NCBI GenBank assembly: GCA_040954595.2
Contig: CM082584.2
Location: forward strand, 10,014,190 to 10,078,189
Origin: Balanoglossus misakiensis
Taxonomy: Eukaryota > Animalia > Hemichordata
Direction of reading: 5' to 3'
Length of the DNA: 64,000 bases
Positions 11,089-22,600 of the stretch are shown in pieces. Numbering within the stretch: the first letter of the stretch is position 1; the number at the start of each line of letters is the position of its first letter. The notes beneath the pieces are model-generated. The model was not told the origin of the DNA and searched no databases. It saw only the letters and a list, made by a program, of their open reading frames with translations. A program made the translations under genes and the position numbers.

Positions 11089-12236
11089 AAGTGTGTGTGT
11101 GTGTGTGTGAGAGGGAGAGGGAGAGAGACAGACAGACAGACAGACAGAGAGACAGGCAGGCAGTAAGAATGGGAGAAAGAAAATTGTAGGTATGTGACAA
11201 TAACTGCATAAGCACACTTCATCGTCTCTTCAGATGGCTGTATTGGACTGATTGGGGACAGAAACCAAAGATAGAAAAAGCTGGCATGGATGGGTCCAAA
11301 CGAACGGTGTTGATCGACTCTGGCATCTATTGGCCAAACGGTTTGACCATAGACTTCACTACTGATAGGCTGTTCTGGGTTGATGGGAAACTACATTTGT
11401 TGGCATCTTCGGATCTGTTCGGAAAAGACAGGGTTAACCTAACTTATGTTAACGACTACGGGCAGAGTTTTCAACCCTTTTCTGTTGTTGTGTTCGAGGT
11501 GAGTTCCAACTTCGCCGTATGGTGAAAGGTAATCTAATCTAGGATGGAATGTTATTTTCGACGCAGTCCAAAATTAACCCACACTTCCTCACGTGCGAAT
11601 GTAGATGCACATTTTGTATGATTTCGCGATTGATACCAGGAGTTTTATCTTTGCCTTTCCGTCGCCGTTCATTTCAGGACAGGTTATTTTGGAGCTCCTT
11701 TGAGGGGCAATTCATCGACTCGGTCAATAAGAACACTGGTCTAGACCAACGTTCAACAGTGGTGGGAAGCACGGCACTTGGTTTGACAATCGACCATGAA
11801 GTTAGCCAGCCAATGAGTGAGTACCATGGTAACATGTACAGGGAAAAAGAAAACATTAAATGGTGGGTTAAATTGGGTATAAGAAGGTTGGTAGGAAAGA
11901 TACATGTAGTTCACCGCGTTGAAATCATTTGGAACAATTCTGCTCATAGTCAAAGTAACGGACTCGTATAAACAATGCATGTACAGTGCATATCGACATC
12001 TCAGAAACAACGACGTAGCAGATACAGACAAAGTGATTCTATTTTTGACACGAACTAACTTTTGCACATCTGTTTCTCTCAAACTAGGCATCAACTACTG
12101 TGCCGAAGATAACGGTGGTTGTGAATACCTGTGTCTGTTGGCACCCGTACCCCCGGACAACTCGCTCAACCGCACAACGTGCGCATGTCCCGACTGCGAG
12201 AAAATCGGTGACGATGGCCGCACTTGCGTGTTCTAA
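7889..12236 (+). CDS. LDL-receptor family (LDLR/VLDLR/lipophorin-receptor-like) gene, 10 coding exons, 5' end uncertain; 8 LDLa + EGF-A + EGF-B + YWTD propeller + EGF-C, no TM
   Basis: Manual splicing: 7889-8131(or 8128), 8302-8550, 9061-9309, 9488-9724, 9835-9957, 10320-10623, 10818-11036, 11234-11498, 11678-11816, 12088-12236. All introns are GT-AG with compatible phases, giving one open frame of about 725 codons ending in TAA at 12234-12236. Domain order and several intron positions (IYS|, DPRNG|, VFE|D, QPMS|) match vertebrate LDLR. Confidence 0.92.
8302..8550 (+). CDS. LDLR-like exon: LDLa repeats 3-4 (copy A of duplicated exon)
   Basis: ctacag|AT...TCTG|gtgcgt, 249 nt, phase 1-1. Encodes [36 protein letters not shown] and [35 protein letters not shown]. 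Confidence 0.9.
9061..9309 (+). CDS. LDLR-like exon: LDLa repeats 5-6 (copy B of duplicated exon)
   Basis: 249 nt with 7 nucleotide differences from 8302-8550; splice sites and reading frame are intact. Confidence 0.85.
9488..9724 (+). CDS. LDLR-like exon: LDLa repeats 7-8
   Basis: cttag|AT...TGCA|gtaagt. Encodes [36 protein letters not shown] and [39 protein letters not shown]; the SDEP..C ending is typical of the last LA repeat. Confidence 0.92.
9835..9957 (+). CDS. LDLR-like exon: EGF-A
   Basis: ttgcag| acceptor (alternative in-frame acceptor 6 nt later) and GAAG|gtaaat donor. Encodes [40 protein letters not shown]. Confidence 0.9.
10320..10623 (+). CDS. LDLR-like exon: calcium-binding EGF-B plus start of YWTD propeller
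   Basis: ctgtag|AC...TACAG|gtgaga. Encodes [32 protein letters not shown]...[12 protein letters not shown]. Confidence 0.92.
10818..11036 (+). CDS. LDLR-like exon: YWTD propeller
   Basis: tcacag|T...AACGG|gtaggt. Encodes [16 protein letters not shown]...[14 protein letters not shown]. Confidence 0.93.
11043..11163. repeat. Compound microsatellite (GA)n/(GACA)n/(GT)n in intron
   Basis: Direct reading of the sequence. Confidence 0.95.
11234..11498 (+). CDS. LDLR-like exon: YWTD propeller
   Basis: cttcag|A...GAG|gtgagt. Encodes [20 protein letters not shown]...WPNGLTID...[10 protein letters not shown]...PFSVVVFE. Confidence 0.94.
11678..11816 (+). CDS. LDLR-like exon: last propeller blade
   Basis: tttcag|GAC...ATGA|gtgagt. 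Encodes [21 protein letters not shown]...HEVSQPM. Confidence 0.9.
12088..12236 (+). CDS. LDLR-like terminal coding exon: EGF-C then stop
   Basis: actag|GC ATC AAC TAC TGT... encodes [47 protein letters not shown] followed by TAA. Confidence 0.9.
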
Positions 12237-12461
12237 TCACGATTTGTCCTCGGAATTGGAGTTTTTCCCCTGGCCAGTCTGGGTCTTTTAATTTGCACGG
12301 CCTACAGACAAACGCCAGTTTATTGATGCTTTTATTACTGGTATTGTTTCTTTTGGGTTGACTTGTGACTGTCGTTGACATACCAAAATAACGTCTAAGA
12401 CTTACGACTTCGTAATGCTGCATATGACATTTAATATACCCTGTATTGTCAGCAAGTACTG

Positions 12462-12467
12462 AATAAA
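12462..12467 (+). terminator. Candidate polyadenylation signal of LDLR-like gene
   Basis: AATAAA about 225 nt after the stop codon. Confidence 0.5.
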
Positions 12468-13047
12468 GCAATAATCAGAATATTCCTTCTGCGCAGCCCG
12501 ATGCGTTTTAGTTGTATCAATTATCCGAATTAATGTCTTGATTTGTGCGACGCCTACGCACAAGAAGTGATCGAATCCAATCGTCCCTCCGGTCTTCCAC
12601 TTTAACGAAAATGCCTCGGGTGCGGTTCCAAAGCAGCTTCTCCGAGTCGGCTAATCATCAGAGGTCGCCACGCGCCACCATCAGCTCGTGAGCGTTGGCG
12701 TCGCTCTTCGTCTACATCGCGCCTCGGGAGTCTGCGCATGCACCCCGTGGGCGGTTTTGCCGCTCGGTTGAACGTCGTGCCCATGAGGGCGCAATTAGGA
12801 CAATTGGTTTCCCCGTGGCGCGATGCAACCTTCGTCCCATTAACCAACAATCAAACGTTGTCGGCGCAGGCATTACCTCATCTCATCTTTAATTCATTGG
12901 CAATTTTTTTTCTTTCCTGGTCACTTCTGGAATTGTTACTTCTAGTACAATTCGACATGTTTCCTAAAAATTCAATGTGGCCATTTCAAAACATTTTTTT
13001 TCTCTCACGGTGATACGTTGTACGTTATACCAGCGAGCACTCTGCGG

Positions 13048-13146
13048 TGACGTCATAGACTGCTCCTCCTGCACCTGAAGTGTTATGCCATAGCAAGTGC
13101 ACTGAGCGATGACGTCATTCCCAACACTTAGCAACATAGTGACTCA
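13048..13146. promoter_or_regulatory. Candidate bZIP enhancer cluster: two full CRE sites and an AP-1 site
   Basis: TGACGTCA at 13048-13055 and 13110-13117, and TGACTCA at 13140-13146. The cluster lies next to a CpG-rich stretch at about 12600-12870. Confidence 0.35.
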
Positions 13147-16100
13147 AATCGCTCTCTGGTGAATAGTAATCTCAAGCAGTTCCAAAATTAAAAAAAGAAT
13201 AACTCTTTGATTGGTGAAAATTGGTTGCATGCCAGATAGATGTAAATTGGAAAAGTTACATCGCGAAGTCTCACTTTATAGTAATTGGGAATGACACCAA
13301 ATCTATATCTTGAATAATTCACCAACTTTTCTCTCTTGGGCCGATGTCTCTGGCTAGCACCAGGCAGCTTTGGTCTGCCTCCCGTACGATTCCATTTTCT
13401 GAAATGAGGTTGAATTGCCAAAAGTGGGTTGCGTGTCGCTCAGTCTGTCCTCCGTCTACCTGCCTGTCTTCTCTGTCTGTCTATCTATCTATCTGTCTGT
13501 TTGTTTGTCTGATATTCCCGTTTCTCTTTGTACCCTTAGCTTGCACATATATTTTCATGATCTCTGATTTGAATCGACAAACACTTTTATGGACCGAACA
13601 TTTAAAATACAGTAACAATTAACTACCTGAAAACCCTGTGGCAAATGAAATCAGGATCGTAAAAGATTATTGAGATATTGATGGGACCATACTTTATCAG
13701 TAGCCATGCATACTGAGTGATGATTGATTGATGAAAATATGCATTGAATAGGGGTTATGAAATAATTTAATTGCATTATACTGCTTTAAACTTTCCATAA
13801 CGCACGACCTCTTTGCAAAATTGGCAATATAGGAACAGACAGACTAACGCACGTGCGTCACACGCCGCCCCTTTCACACACTGTCGGCCCGGTCATGCAG
13901 GAAGATATTGACTCGATTTAACTACCGTCGCCATGGCCTTACCCGACCTCGCCGAACAGAGTCCGCATCTCTCGCTTACCGTTCGTTGCCCGGGCAACTG
14001 TCACTTCACGTAAAATCACGGGTGACTTCAACGGTCTGCTCTACCGCTTGTTTCCCCGGTGTACGACTGAAGATGTCGCGGTCTGCTGAAACCAAGAGTG
14101 GGTCCCGGCAAATCACTCTGCCACGGCTCCTCTGTGGAGACGTATTTCATTTTTTTCAGATTTCTTGTAAAGAAGTGTCTTTTTTGTCTGTTGCATGGAG
14201 TTGCGCTATATGCTTCTGAACACTTGATTGAAAGAATGCGTACTTACGTGCCTTATCCCTAGGGAGCGATCTGCAGAGATGCATTTGTCAGTGGTATTGG
14301 CAATTTAGCTCGCCATTGAACCAATAAGTAGAATCATTTCAAGTGACACTGTGCATCGCCGTGACTGACAGATTCAAATTATTCTTCTGAAAAGCTTGCT
14401 CCCGTGCACTCCTTTTGGGAATTATGTTTTGAAGATAAGACGACAGACGCGTATTTTCTGTTGCCTTATTCTTTAAAGCCTTTCGATTTAGCGTATGTTG
14501 ACAAAACTTTAGGCTTGTATGATCCATTTTGCTTCACGAGAATGATATATCGTTCGTCTCCGCCATATCTATCAATCTATTAACAAAGATGATCGTACCC
14601 AAATTTGCACGTACAACTATGCGTTAAGGTAAGCCTCGGTTACATTTCGATGATAGTGTTTGTATATATTAATATTGGTGCATAGCGCCATTGTGTGTAC
14701 TCGAGCGATATCATATTTATTTTTCACAAATGTGTGCAAAACAACACTGCTTGCAAATTGAATCTGGAAATTGAAACCAGAAACAGCTGTCGGCTTCAAA
14801 TAAGTGATCTTGGTATACGACTGACCATATGCATTCGTCATCACAAATACATGACCAGATATAGTATGGTTCTTTTGTGCGCCTGCATAGCCATAGGTAT
14901 AATTGCTTACAAGGCAAAAAAGCAACACTGTCGTGCAATTAGCTTGATTATTGCCAGTTCTCTTTGCACGGTTTTTCTGAATTTCAAAAGTCGGTTAAAG
15001 TATGATAGATAAATGAATGTAAATCCAAAGGGTTCATTCTAATACATGCGCTTGTCCGAAAGTTTCTCTTTTTCTTTCCTTCGTAAGAATAGTGCAATGA
15101 GTGTTGAATTTTTTCTCAATTCCTGCCATGCCCTGTCGATTGTAAGCCTCTCTCCACCCGCTGTATCAGGTTGTCACGGCACCCTACCACGTGGTCTCTT
15201 AATTGAGCGAAAAGTGCCGTCTGCGCAGACTCGAACATCATAACCATGATCACCGGAAAAACATGATGGAAATCAAAACAAATTGAGAGTCATGCTTTAA
15301 AATCTCCAACATTGGGTGTCGTACAACCAAACGGCAGCAGCGTTGCGGTGGACAGAAAAAAACAGTGTCTTCGCCTTCGCAGAAATGGCAACATTCCATG
15401 TAAGTTCTGACTATTTCAGAGAAATTTTTACTTTGCGTTTACGTCTGTGGTCTTTGATAAAGTATACCTCAGCTATAAGCGATGATATCACCTCCAACAC
15501 ATGTCTCATTTTCCAACTCACTGATCAAGCATTTACCCCTTGAATTCACGTGGCATTGGTGGGCGCCGAAGCGTCTCTGAATGTTCAGTACTGCATGCGA
15601 GTTCCCCTTCACAACAACCTGTCATTTTACCACGACCGAATTCAGCCCTTCAAACGTCTTGCGCTTTCTTTCTTCTCCAAGCGATTTCTCTCTCTCTCTC
15701 TCTAAACCTCACTTCACAATTCGTGTCAGTCATCGCGGTGTTTAACACGTATGTGGGATGCGATAGCCCGTTTATCTTTCATATTCATTCTACCAGTCGG
15801 TGTGTCACCTATACGAATGGCAGGTCTTTGATTCTGAACTTTCGCCAAGCAAATCTGGACTTAATAGAGACCGCCGGAATAAATCTGTAGTTTTAATCAA
15901 AATGCAGAGCGCCAGCACTGGCCAGACCTAGTCGTACATGTTATGAGCACCAAAAAGTGATGAGAATCTTGCTCTGGTAATTGTTTGAAGCTATACGTGA
16001 TTCACCTGCAGATCTGTCTAGCAAACGACAGATTGTCTGACAGCACGTGACACGGCGAGTGAAATCTTCTGGGACATGAAATCACGTGCCTCTAGGCGGT

Positions 16101-19100
16101 CATTTCCTCTATTTTACAGAGCTGTGGAGTACAAACCAGGTTATTTAAGGATTATTTCGCAATTACGGAATGATCGATACCCACCATGGTATGTGAAATA
16201 TCTTATTTCTAGTAAAAGCTTATATTGGGGATTTAAACGAACCCGGGAGATTGCATTTGGTAATAATCGTGTATGCAGGCATACCGCAAATGCTAAAATG
16301 CAGAATTTCTATTTAAGAAAAATCCCACATATTTGCCTGTGCCCAGTATGCAAAATTCGCTGAAAGAATATTTGTCAAACACGTGTATCAATCCATTTTG
16401 ATGCTAAGATTATTTCATAACATTTGTGTGCATGTGATTTTTTTCATTCGCTAATAATATCAAAACGTTCGACAGATTGAATAAATAAGCCGAGAGCGTT
16501 TTAATCGAAATAAATCCATCTAATTTTTACATCATTTAATCTGCATGTAGTTCCAATATTCGGACAGGTGTGTTCTTTGGAGTTGCCGGGGAATTTCAAA
16601 AAAACTAGATAAAAGGTGCTTTTGGATTTCTGTAGGCAGCTTGGAAATACTTTAAATGAAGTGTTTATCTCATATCACGCACCTTCAACCGCTCTATTAC
16701 GATGGTAACAGTAAATATGATGACGTCGTTCACACAGTGTTTACCAGAAAGGTGAGCTGTATTAGTTATTCACGGTGACTGAAGCAAGACCTTGGGGTTG
16801 ACCGAGAAAATAGAAAAGAGGGTGCACGTTGTCAATCAGAAGAAGCCTCCACTGAATGGTGCCCCAACGTGACTAAACGAGACACCTCTTTGATGAACGA
16901 GGCAGGGCGTGAATGTCTTTTCAGCTTCGGAGAAAGCTTAGATGAATACATCTGTAATATGAAGGTGAGGACTCAGTAATTGCACATAGCTGACTTTCTC
17001 TATGTTAGCTAGTGCGTGCTGTCTACAGATAATTATGCAGACTAACCCCTTAGACAACTGAAAGATACCCTTAGACGAGTGAAAGAGAGCTATTTCAGAT
17101 TCAGTATTTTTTTAGGATTCAGGCGGCGTTGTGGTGGCCCTCTCAACGCTCTGACGCAATTTCGTCGCAATTCACTTACCGAGTTTTAAAACTGATATCA
17201 GTATTCCTGGAAACGCTCCCCTCACAAGATATGTCAACCTCCCCCGGAAGTTTGCTTCTTTCAATACTGCGCAAAATTATTTCGAATCCCGACTACCGGA
17301 GGGAAAGAAATCCCCAGGGATTTAGCTGATGAAATCCGTGCCGTGTAAATGTTAAATCGAATCACCAAGGTTACTTGGGCCGCTCAGACGTGGGTTATTA
17401 GCAAACAGTTGCGGATAAGGAAGCTTCGGAATCGTCGACCACCACGACCTCCGCTGAAAGCAAACTTTCTGCTGTGTTCCACAATTACGAAATGGTATTA
17501 TCCATCATGCCCCGGGTGATCTAAAGCTGGATTTGTTTGCTTGGTCGGGGAGCCTAAGCGCCTGGCCCGCGTAACAATAATAAGTGCTATCAAATACTGT
17601 TTGGGGTTTATTTTAAATGTATATAGATGACTTAGAGTCAGTCTTTCAATGCACACTTCACGCAGACATCTGAATGTACTCAATTACAGCTTGCGCAGCA
17701 CGCGATGACAGAGTATTTCATCCGTGACATCTCGTATCAGTCAGAGAAGAAAATTCGAACAAATGCCATGGTTTACTTTGATTTAAGGAGATTAAAGGGG
17801 AGTTCAGTCCAGCTGATTTTAACATATGTGCTATAGCTTCGGGTTCAGTATTTCAGGAACATGTGCATGAATTACTTTGCACTGCTAACTCATGTTGTTG
17901 ATTGTTTTCTCTGGGGTTTCTAACTTCATCATAGACTAGAAAATATAATAAATAGCGACCGAGTTGCAGGAAATTTGGACGTCAGTGATCATGGAAAATT
18001 TCATGCTGGTAATATTTGTCGAACTCTTTGGGGCATGCGTAAATTATCTCCGAGTCGACCGCGCTGCATATCTTCGTACGGATACCGCTTTGATGTCAAC
18101 CGTGATGACCTTAGTTGAATAGAAACTGATTTGGGATTCTTCTTCGCCGAAGAAAGATTTGCCGTCGGCATTTCACAGTGAAACTGTCACTGCAAACAGT
18201 CCTTTCATCATCTGAATACTGCTGTATACCCTATACAGCCAATGAATGCAATCTGGACAACCTGTCACTTTCTTATACCGCCGCTGCGTTCAATGGAATC
18301 CGCGCCGCGAACGAGACATATCTTGTCATTCACAGGAGTGATGCGGATGTGATTACGAGGGTTTGGATGCAGTGAAACTTTCTTTGAATGTTCCATGTGA
18401 TTACGCTGGGAAGCTGTGGAGGGGTGGCCCTAGACACCATGGCCCCACCACAGAACAAGACCATAATTATTGCTTAAACTAAAAGACGACGTGACCGAAG
18501 AACGATTTAGTTTATGCGCACTGTCGGCGGTGTCCTTTGCTGTAGAGTCTACGTGTACAGTCTAGTATCAGACGAAGTACCTGATTTCTAAGAGATCCAG
18601 TCTATGAATTCGGAACATATCTTGCCGACAACTCGAAATACTCACACCACCGAAACTGAGTTATTGTCGTTAACACGCGCCTTGCTTTATTTTTATTCTC
18701 CTTTTTTTCTTTGGTAGTTTTCTTTTACCATTAAGATATATATGCCACGCAACCAGTCAGAATGAGAGTGTGGCAAGTTTGATGCAGAGTTTTGCGAAAC
18801 CTTGAACCGATCGACCCAGACTGTGCAACTGGTGGCACATAACCGTGTTGACAGTCACGATGACAACTGGTGCAGAACTGTACAAAATTATTCATCCAAA
18901 ATATGTTACAGTTGTAACAGATACCCGCAGCGACATGTACATGAGTGAGAAAAAAGCCATGTTGTCATGGCGACACGCAAATGCAGTAAAACATGTCGGT
19001 CACTGCTTAAATCGAGATTTTGATGTGCTATTGCGAATGTTGTTTTATGTTTTAAAACTGAATGATATAAGAAGGACGTTAACTTACTAATAAGTCTCGC

Positions 19101-19512
19101 TTTTTTAATAATAAAAGTAGAGTGTTCTGATCGGGAATGAACACTTTAGCGGATTACTGTCTGCGAGACGGTTTCTGCAATATTACGAACCGGAGTTGGT
19201 GAAAAGAGATCATAGTGGGTTATGACGATGATTAAGTGTGTTCAGCGAACTGCAGTCGGGGTCGGGCGCCCCGCCCTGCTCCAACTTGTAAGTCGCGCCG
19301 AGAAATTACATTAGGCGATCCCCGCGAGTTGGAAAAAAACCCACAAACTTTGATGATCAAACTGCTTAAATAGCTTCTGTGTTTACCTGCACTGAAGCGA
19401 TGAAATGCAACGCTAATGAAGAAAGATCGCTGTACGTTTGAAGACACAGAAACGCGGCAAACTACATGTGTGTTCTCTCCCACCGCCGACCACAGTGCGT
19501 CTTAGGTATTAA

Positions 19513-19689
19513 TTAAAGAGACGGTGTCGTTGTTGTTTTTTAAATATAATTTTTAATCAGATATGACATCTCATCTCAAGTGATTTTCCGTAAGCAACCA
19601 ATGCCGATCATTCCTCGTAAGTAAAGTCGAAGTTATGAATCTTGATGTACAAAAACTGATATCAAAAGATAGCAGAGTTGTCCCTTTAA
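19513..19689. mobile_element. Possible degenerate TTAA-flanked MITE
   Basis: Begins TTAAAGAGACGG and ends GTTGTCCCTTTAA (reverse complement TTAAAGGGACAAC), giving imperfect terminal inverted repeats bounded by TTAA. Only one copy is seen here. Confidence 0.3.
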
Positions 19690-22600
19690 TCGTGATAGAC
19701 CCTCCAAACATATGTGGTTTTTAATATACATCGTTGCGTGTAATCTCTATGGTGACATACGTGAACTGCAAGTGTTAGTAGTGATGGAAATACTGCGGGC
19801 ACTGAGTTAAGTGAAGGAAGTACCATCTGACTTGACTTAAAAGTATTATTGAATGGATGACATCTGTCGGAATAAATGCGTTGACTTGTGTTTGTTTAAT
19901 TTGGTTCTAGCTTGACATTTGCAAGGAAACTCGTCTCTCCGCGTCGGTCTGTATGTATGTCTGTGTAAGAATACGAATGTCCCTGTCTATGTGCGCCTGT
20001 GGGTCTCTCTGCCGTTGTCTCTCGCTGTCTACGCGCGAACGCATGAATGAAAATGTAAGCTTTTCCACGATCGAAATGCAATTTCATTACAAATAATTTC
20101 AACAAATTATGTTTTTTTTTATTGTGCACCGTGTATATTGGTTTTATAATGATAATGTGAATTTCCCCTTCAATGGAAATTTTGTTCAATATGTCTGATA
20201 TAAACGATTTCCGTAGAGCGGTTTTCAATGCCCGCTTGTCTTCCATATATGCAAATATATTGCATTTGTACCAGCGGGTGCCAACAATCATTCTCAACGG
20301 CTGAAAAGCGCCATCTAGTACACAATCATGCCATTTTAAACTGCACGAAATAAAAACATGCGACTATATTTTTAAATGTCAGCGATGGATGGAAAATTAA
20401 AACGCGAAATATGTTGCCCAGAATATCAACAGACAGCCACGCAATATGATCAAATATGTATTCTAAACGGAAACATGCTTCCAACAAAACATCGCCCAGT
20501 TTCATTTGGTGAAAGATGCGTCATTTACCCATCGACCACTGCGGTTGGTTGGGTTACATGCAACACGTTGTGTCCACAGAAAGCTTCACTTTTGCTCACG
20601 CGAAAACAAAATATTCACAAAAACCCACGTTTCTGTTTCTCGGACAAAGAGCGCAGTATATACATTCGGACCACACTGGAACAGGTAGGCAAACCAGTGA
20701 GTATATAACGGCGACATCCGATGGTTTCTCGGGGCTTGGTTTATCGATAATGAAATTCCCTTCTATGGGGGGAATCTGGATTGTCGAGAGGATAGAACTA
20801 AAATCGGTGTTGTTGCCGTTTCATCGGTTATATGCAACGGCGGCGCAATTAATTGAATAGCCCATAGTTCGGTATTTGCCATCACGCTTCAAATTCAGAT
20901 CAGTCTATATCAACAAACGAACGCTGACTAACAACCGTTTTTAAAATCTATCCAAAACTACGCTGCGGATGCAGGTTTACTTTTTAAATCATATTTACGG
21001 AGAGCCTTCATATTTTTGTTTGGCTTGATCCAGTACAGCTGTCACACTGTACAATCGGCATAACCTCTCTTGGTTCATCGTTATATTCCCATTTAAGCGT
21101 GTTCATGTTTGTTCCATTTTCACATTTCCCTTGTTTATCTTATTTCTTTGTCCAAGCTACTAGTACGTACTACAAAGTTTACTTTGCTTTTACAAAAACA
21201 CAGTGCCTTGTAGGGAATATAAATAAAAACAACACAGCGCGAATGATGGCTGTTGACATGGTAAGGGTAAATGGGTCTTAAGGGTTCATGGCTTTTCGTG
21301 TTACACGCCATCATGTAGAAATTCAAGCGAGAAAGAGTATGTATGTAGCAAGAAGTGAGTGTTCGATAGATTTCTTGTACTCTCAACACAGTGTCCGGCA
21401 CTGTTCATATTTCATGTGTGACTATTTCAAACAAGACTGGCAAGAGGATTGACATTCTATGATGAACACTGGGAAAACAGAAGTGACATACACACAAATG
21501 CGACCTCCTTTATCATTACGAATGGCGTTCATCATGTTTGGTGTTGCTATGGTCACAGATGGATTAGATGCCTTGCACGTGCAACGGTTTCTCGGAAAAT
21601 ATCGAATAGCGCGAAGCAAAATAATTGGCACACGCCTCAGTTTAAGTTGACCATGTGTTTCTCCCAATGTCATGGTAATAGAGGCAAAAATCACGTTTTA
21701 ACTAAAGTAGCTTGATGCTGTATCGGACACGAACAGTGATAGGATTTTCTAATCCCTTTATCTCTTAGTGTTTGTAATCGCAGAAATCATTACAGTCGAG
21801 GAGATGCCGGTGTTTAAATTGGAAAATTACATTTCCTGAATATAATACATTTGATGAAAAAATATCAAAAAGGTAATATGACGGCATAACTGTAGTGCTG
21901 CCGATGCAAGGATTCGTTTTTTTTTTATTTGCAATCTGCTTCTGCGGATTATTTGGGGAGTCAATTTCATCAACTTGTTGTTTCATTGTTGGCAAATTAC
22001 GCGCAGCGGACAACGCGCTCGAACTCTCGACAAAGAAAACAATATTGCCGTGACAGACGCGTGGATGTCGATCTTCAATCTGTGAATGCGTCTGACAGCG
22101 ACCACACTCCGCTGATCACGAAATCGCCTCCGCGCTTCCGCGCTGCGACAAATATTAAAATCTGATCTGCCGGACAAATGGCAAAAACGCGTTCCGGTTC
22201 GATGGGCTTAATTTGTGATTCCGTGCTCTGATTCTCGTGTAAATACTCCTTCAAACATTAAATATTTCTCCGTAATCAAGATCACCAGCTTAAACCCCTT
22301 CTTTCCCAGTTCTTAATTTGCATAGTGGGACATTCAAATCCGGGTATTAAGGAACCATCGTTATTCATTAATCAGAAATTGGGACTTTGCTGTCGTTCAA
22401 GCCGCTTTACCAGATAACAAAGTATCGCACAGCCTCAGAGTCTTTGAGAGATGAGCTCGCACGGGAGCTGAGAAAAAAATACTTGGATTAGTGAGAGCGG
22501 ATTTTATTGCGTCACTCCCTCCTTAATTTGGATTTCTTTTCACGGTTTGTTAGTCAGAGGTAATCAATTCCAAAAATGGCAATTCTTCGCGGCAAATTGA

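Noticed and set aside
10812-11222. Minus-strand ORFs with SLSL/THTH runs
   Set aside because: They are translations of the intronic microsatellite and the antisense of a YWTD exon.
17047-17087. Imperfect 21-bp tandem duplication (CCCTTAGAC..TGAAAGA)
   Set aside because: An ordinary slippage-type micro-duplication with no further structure.
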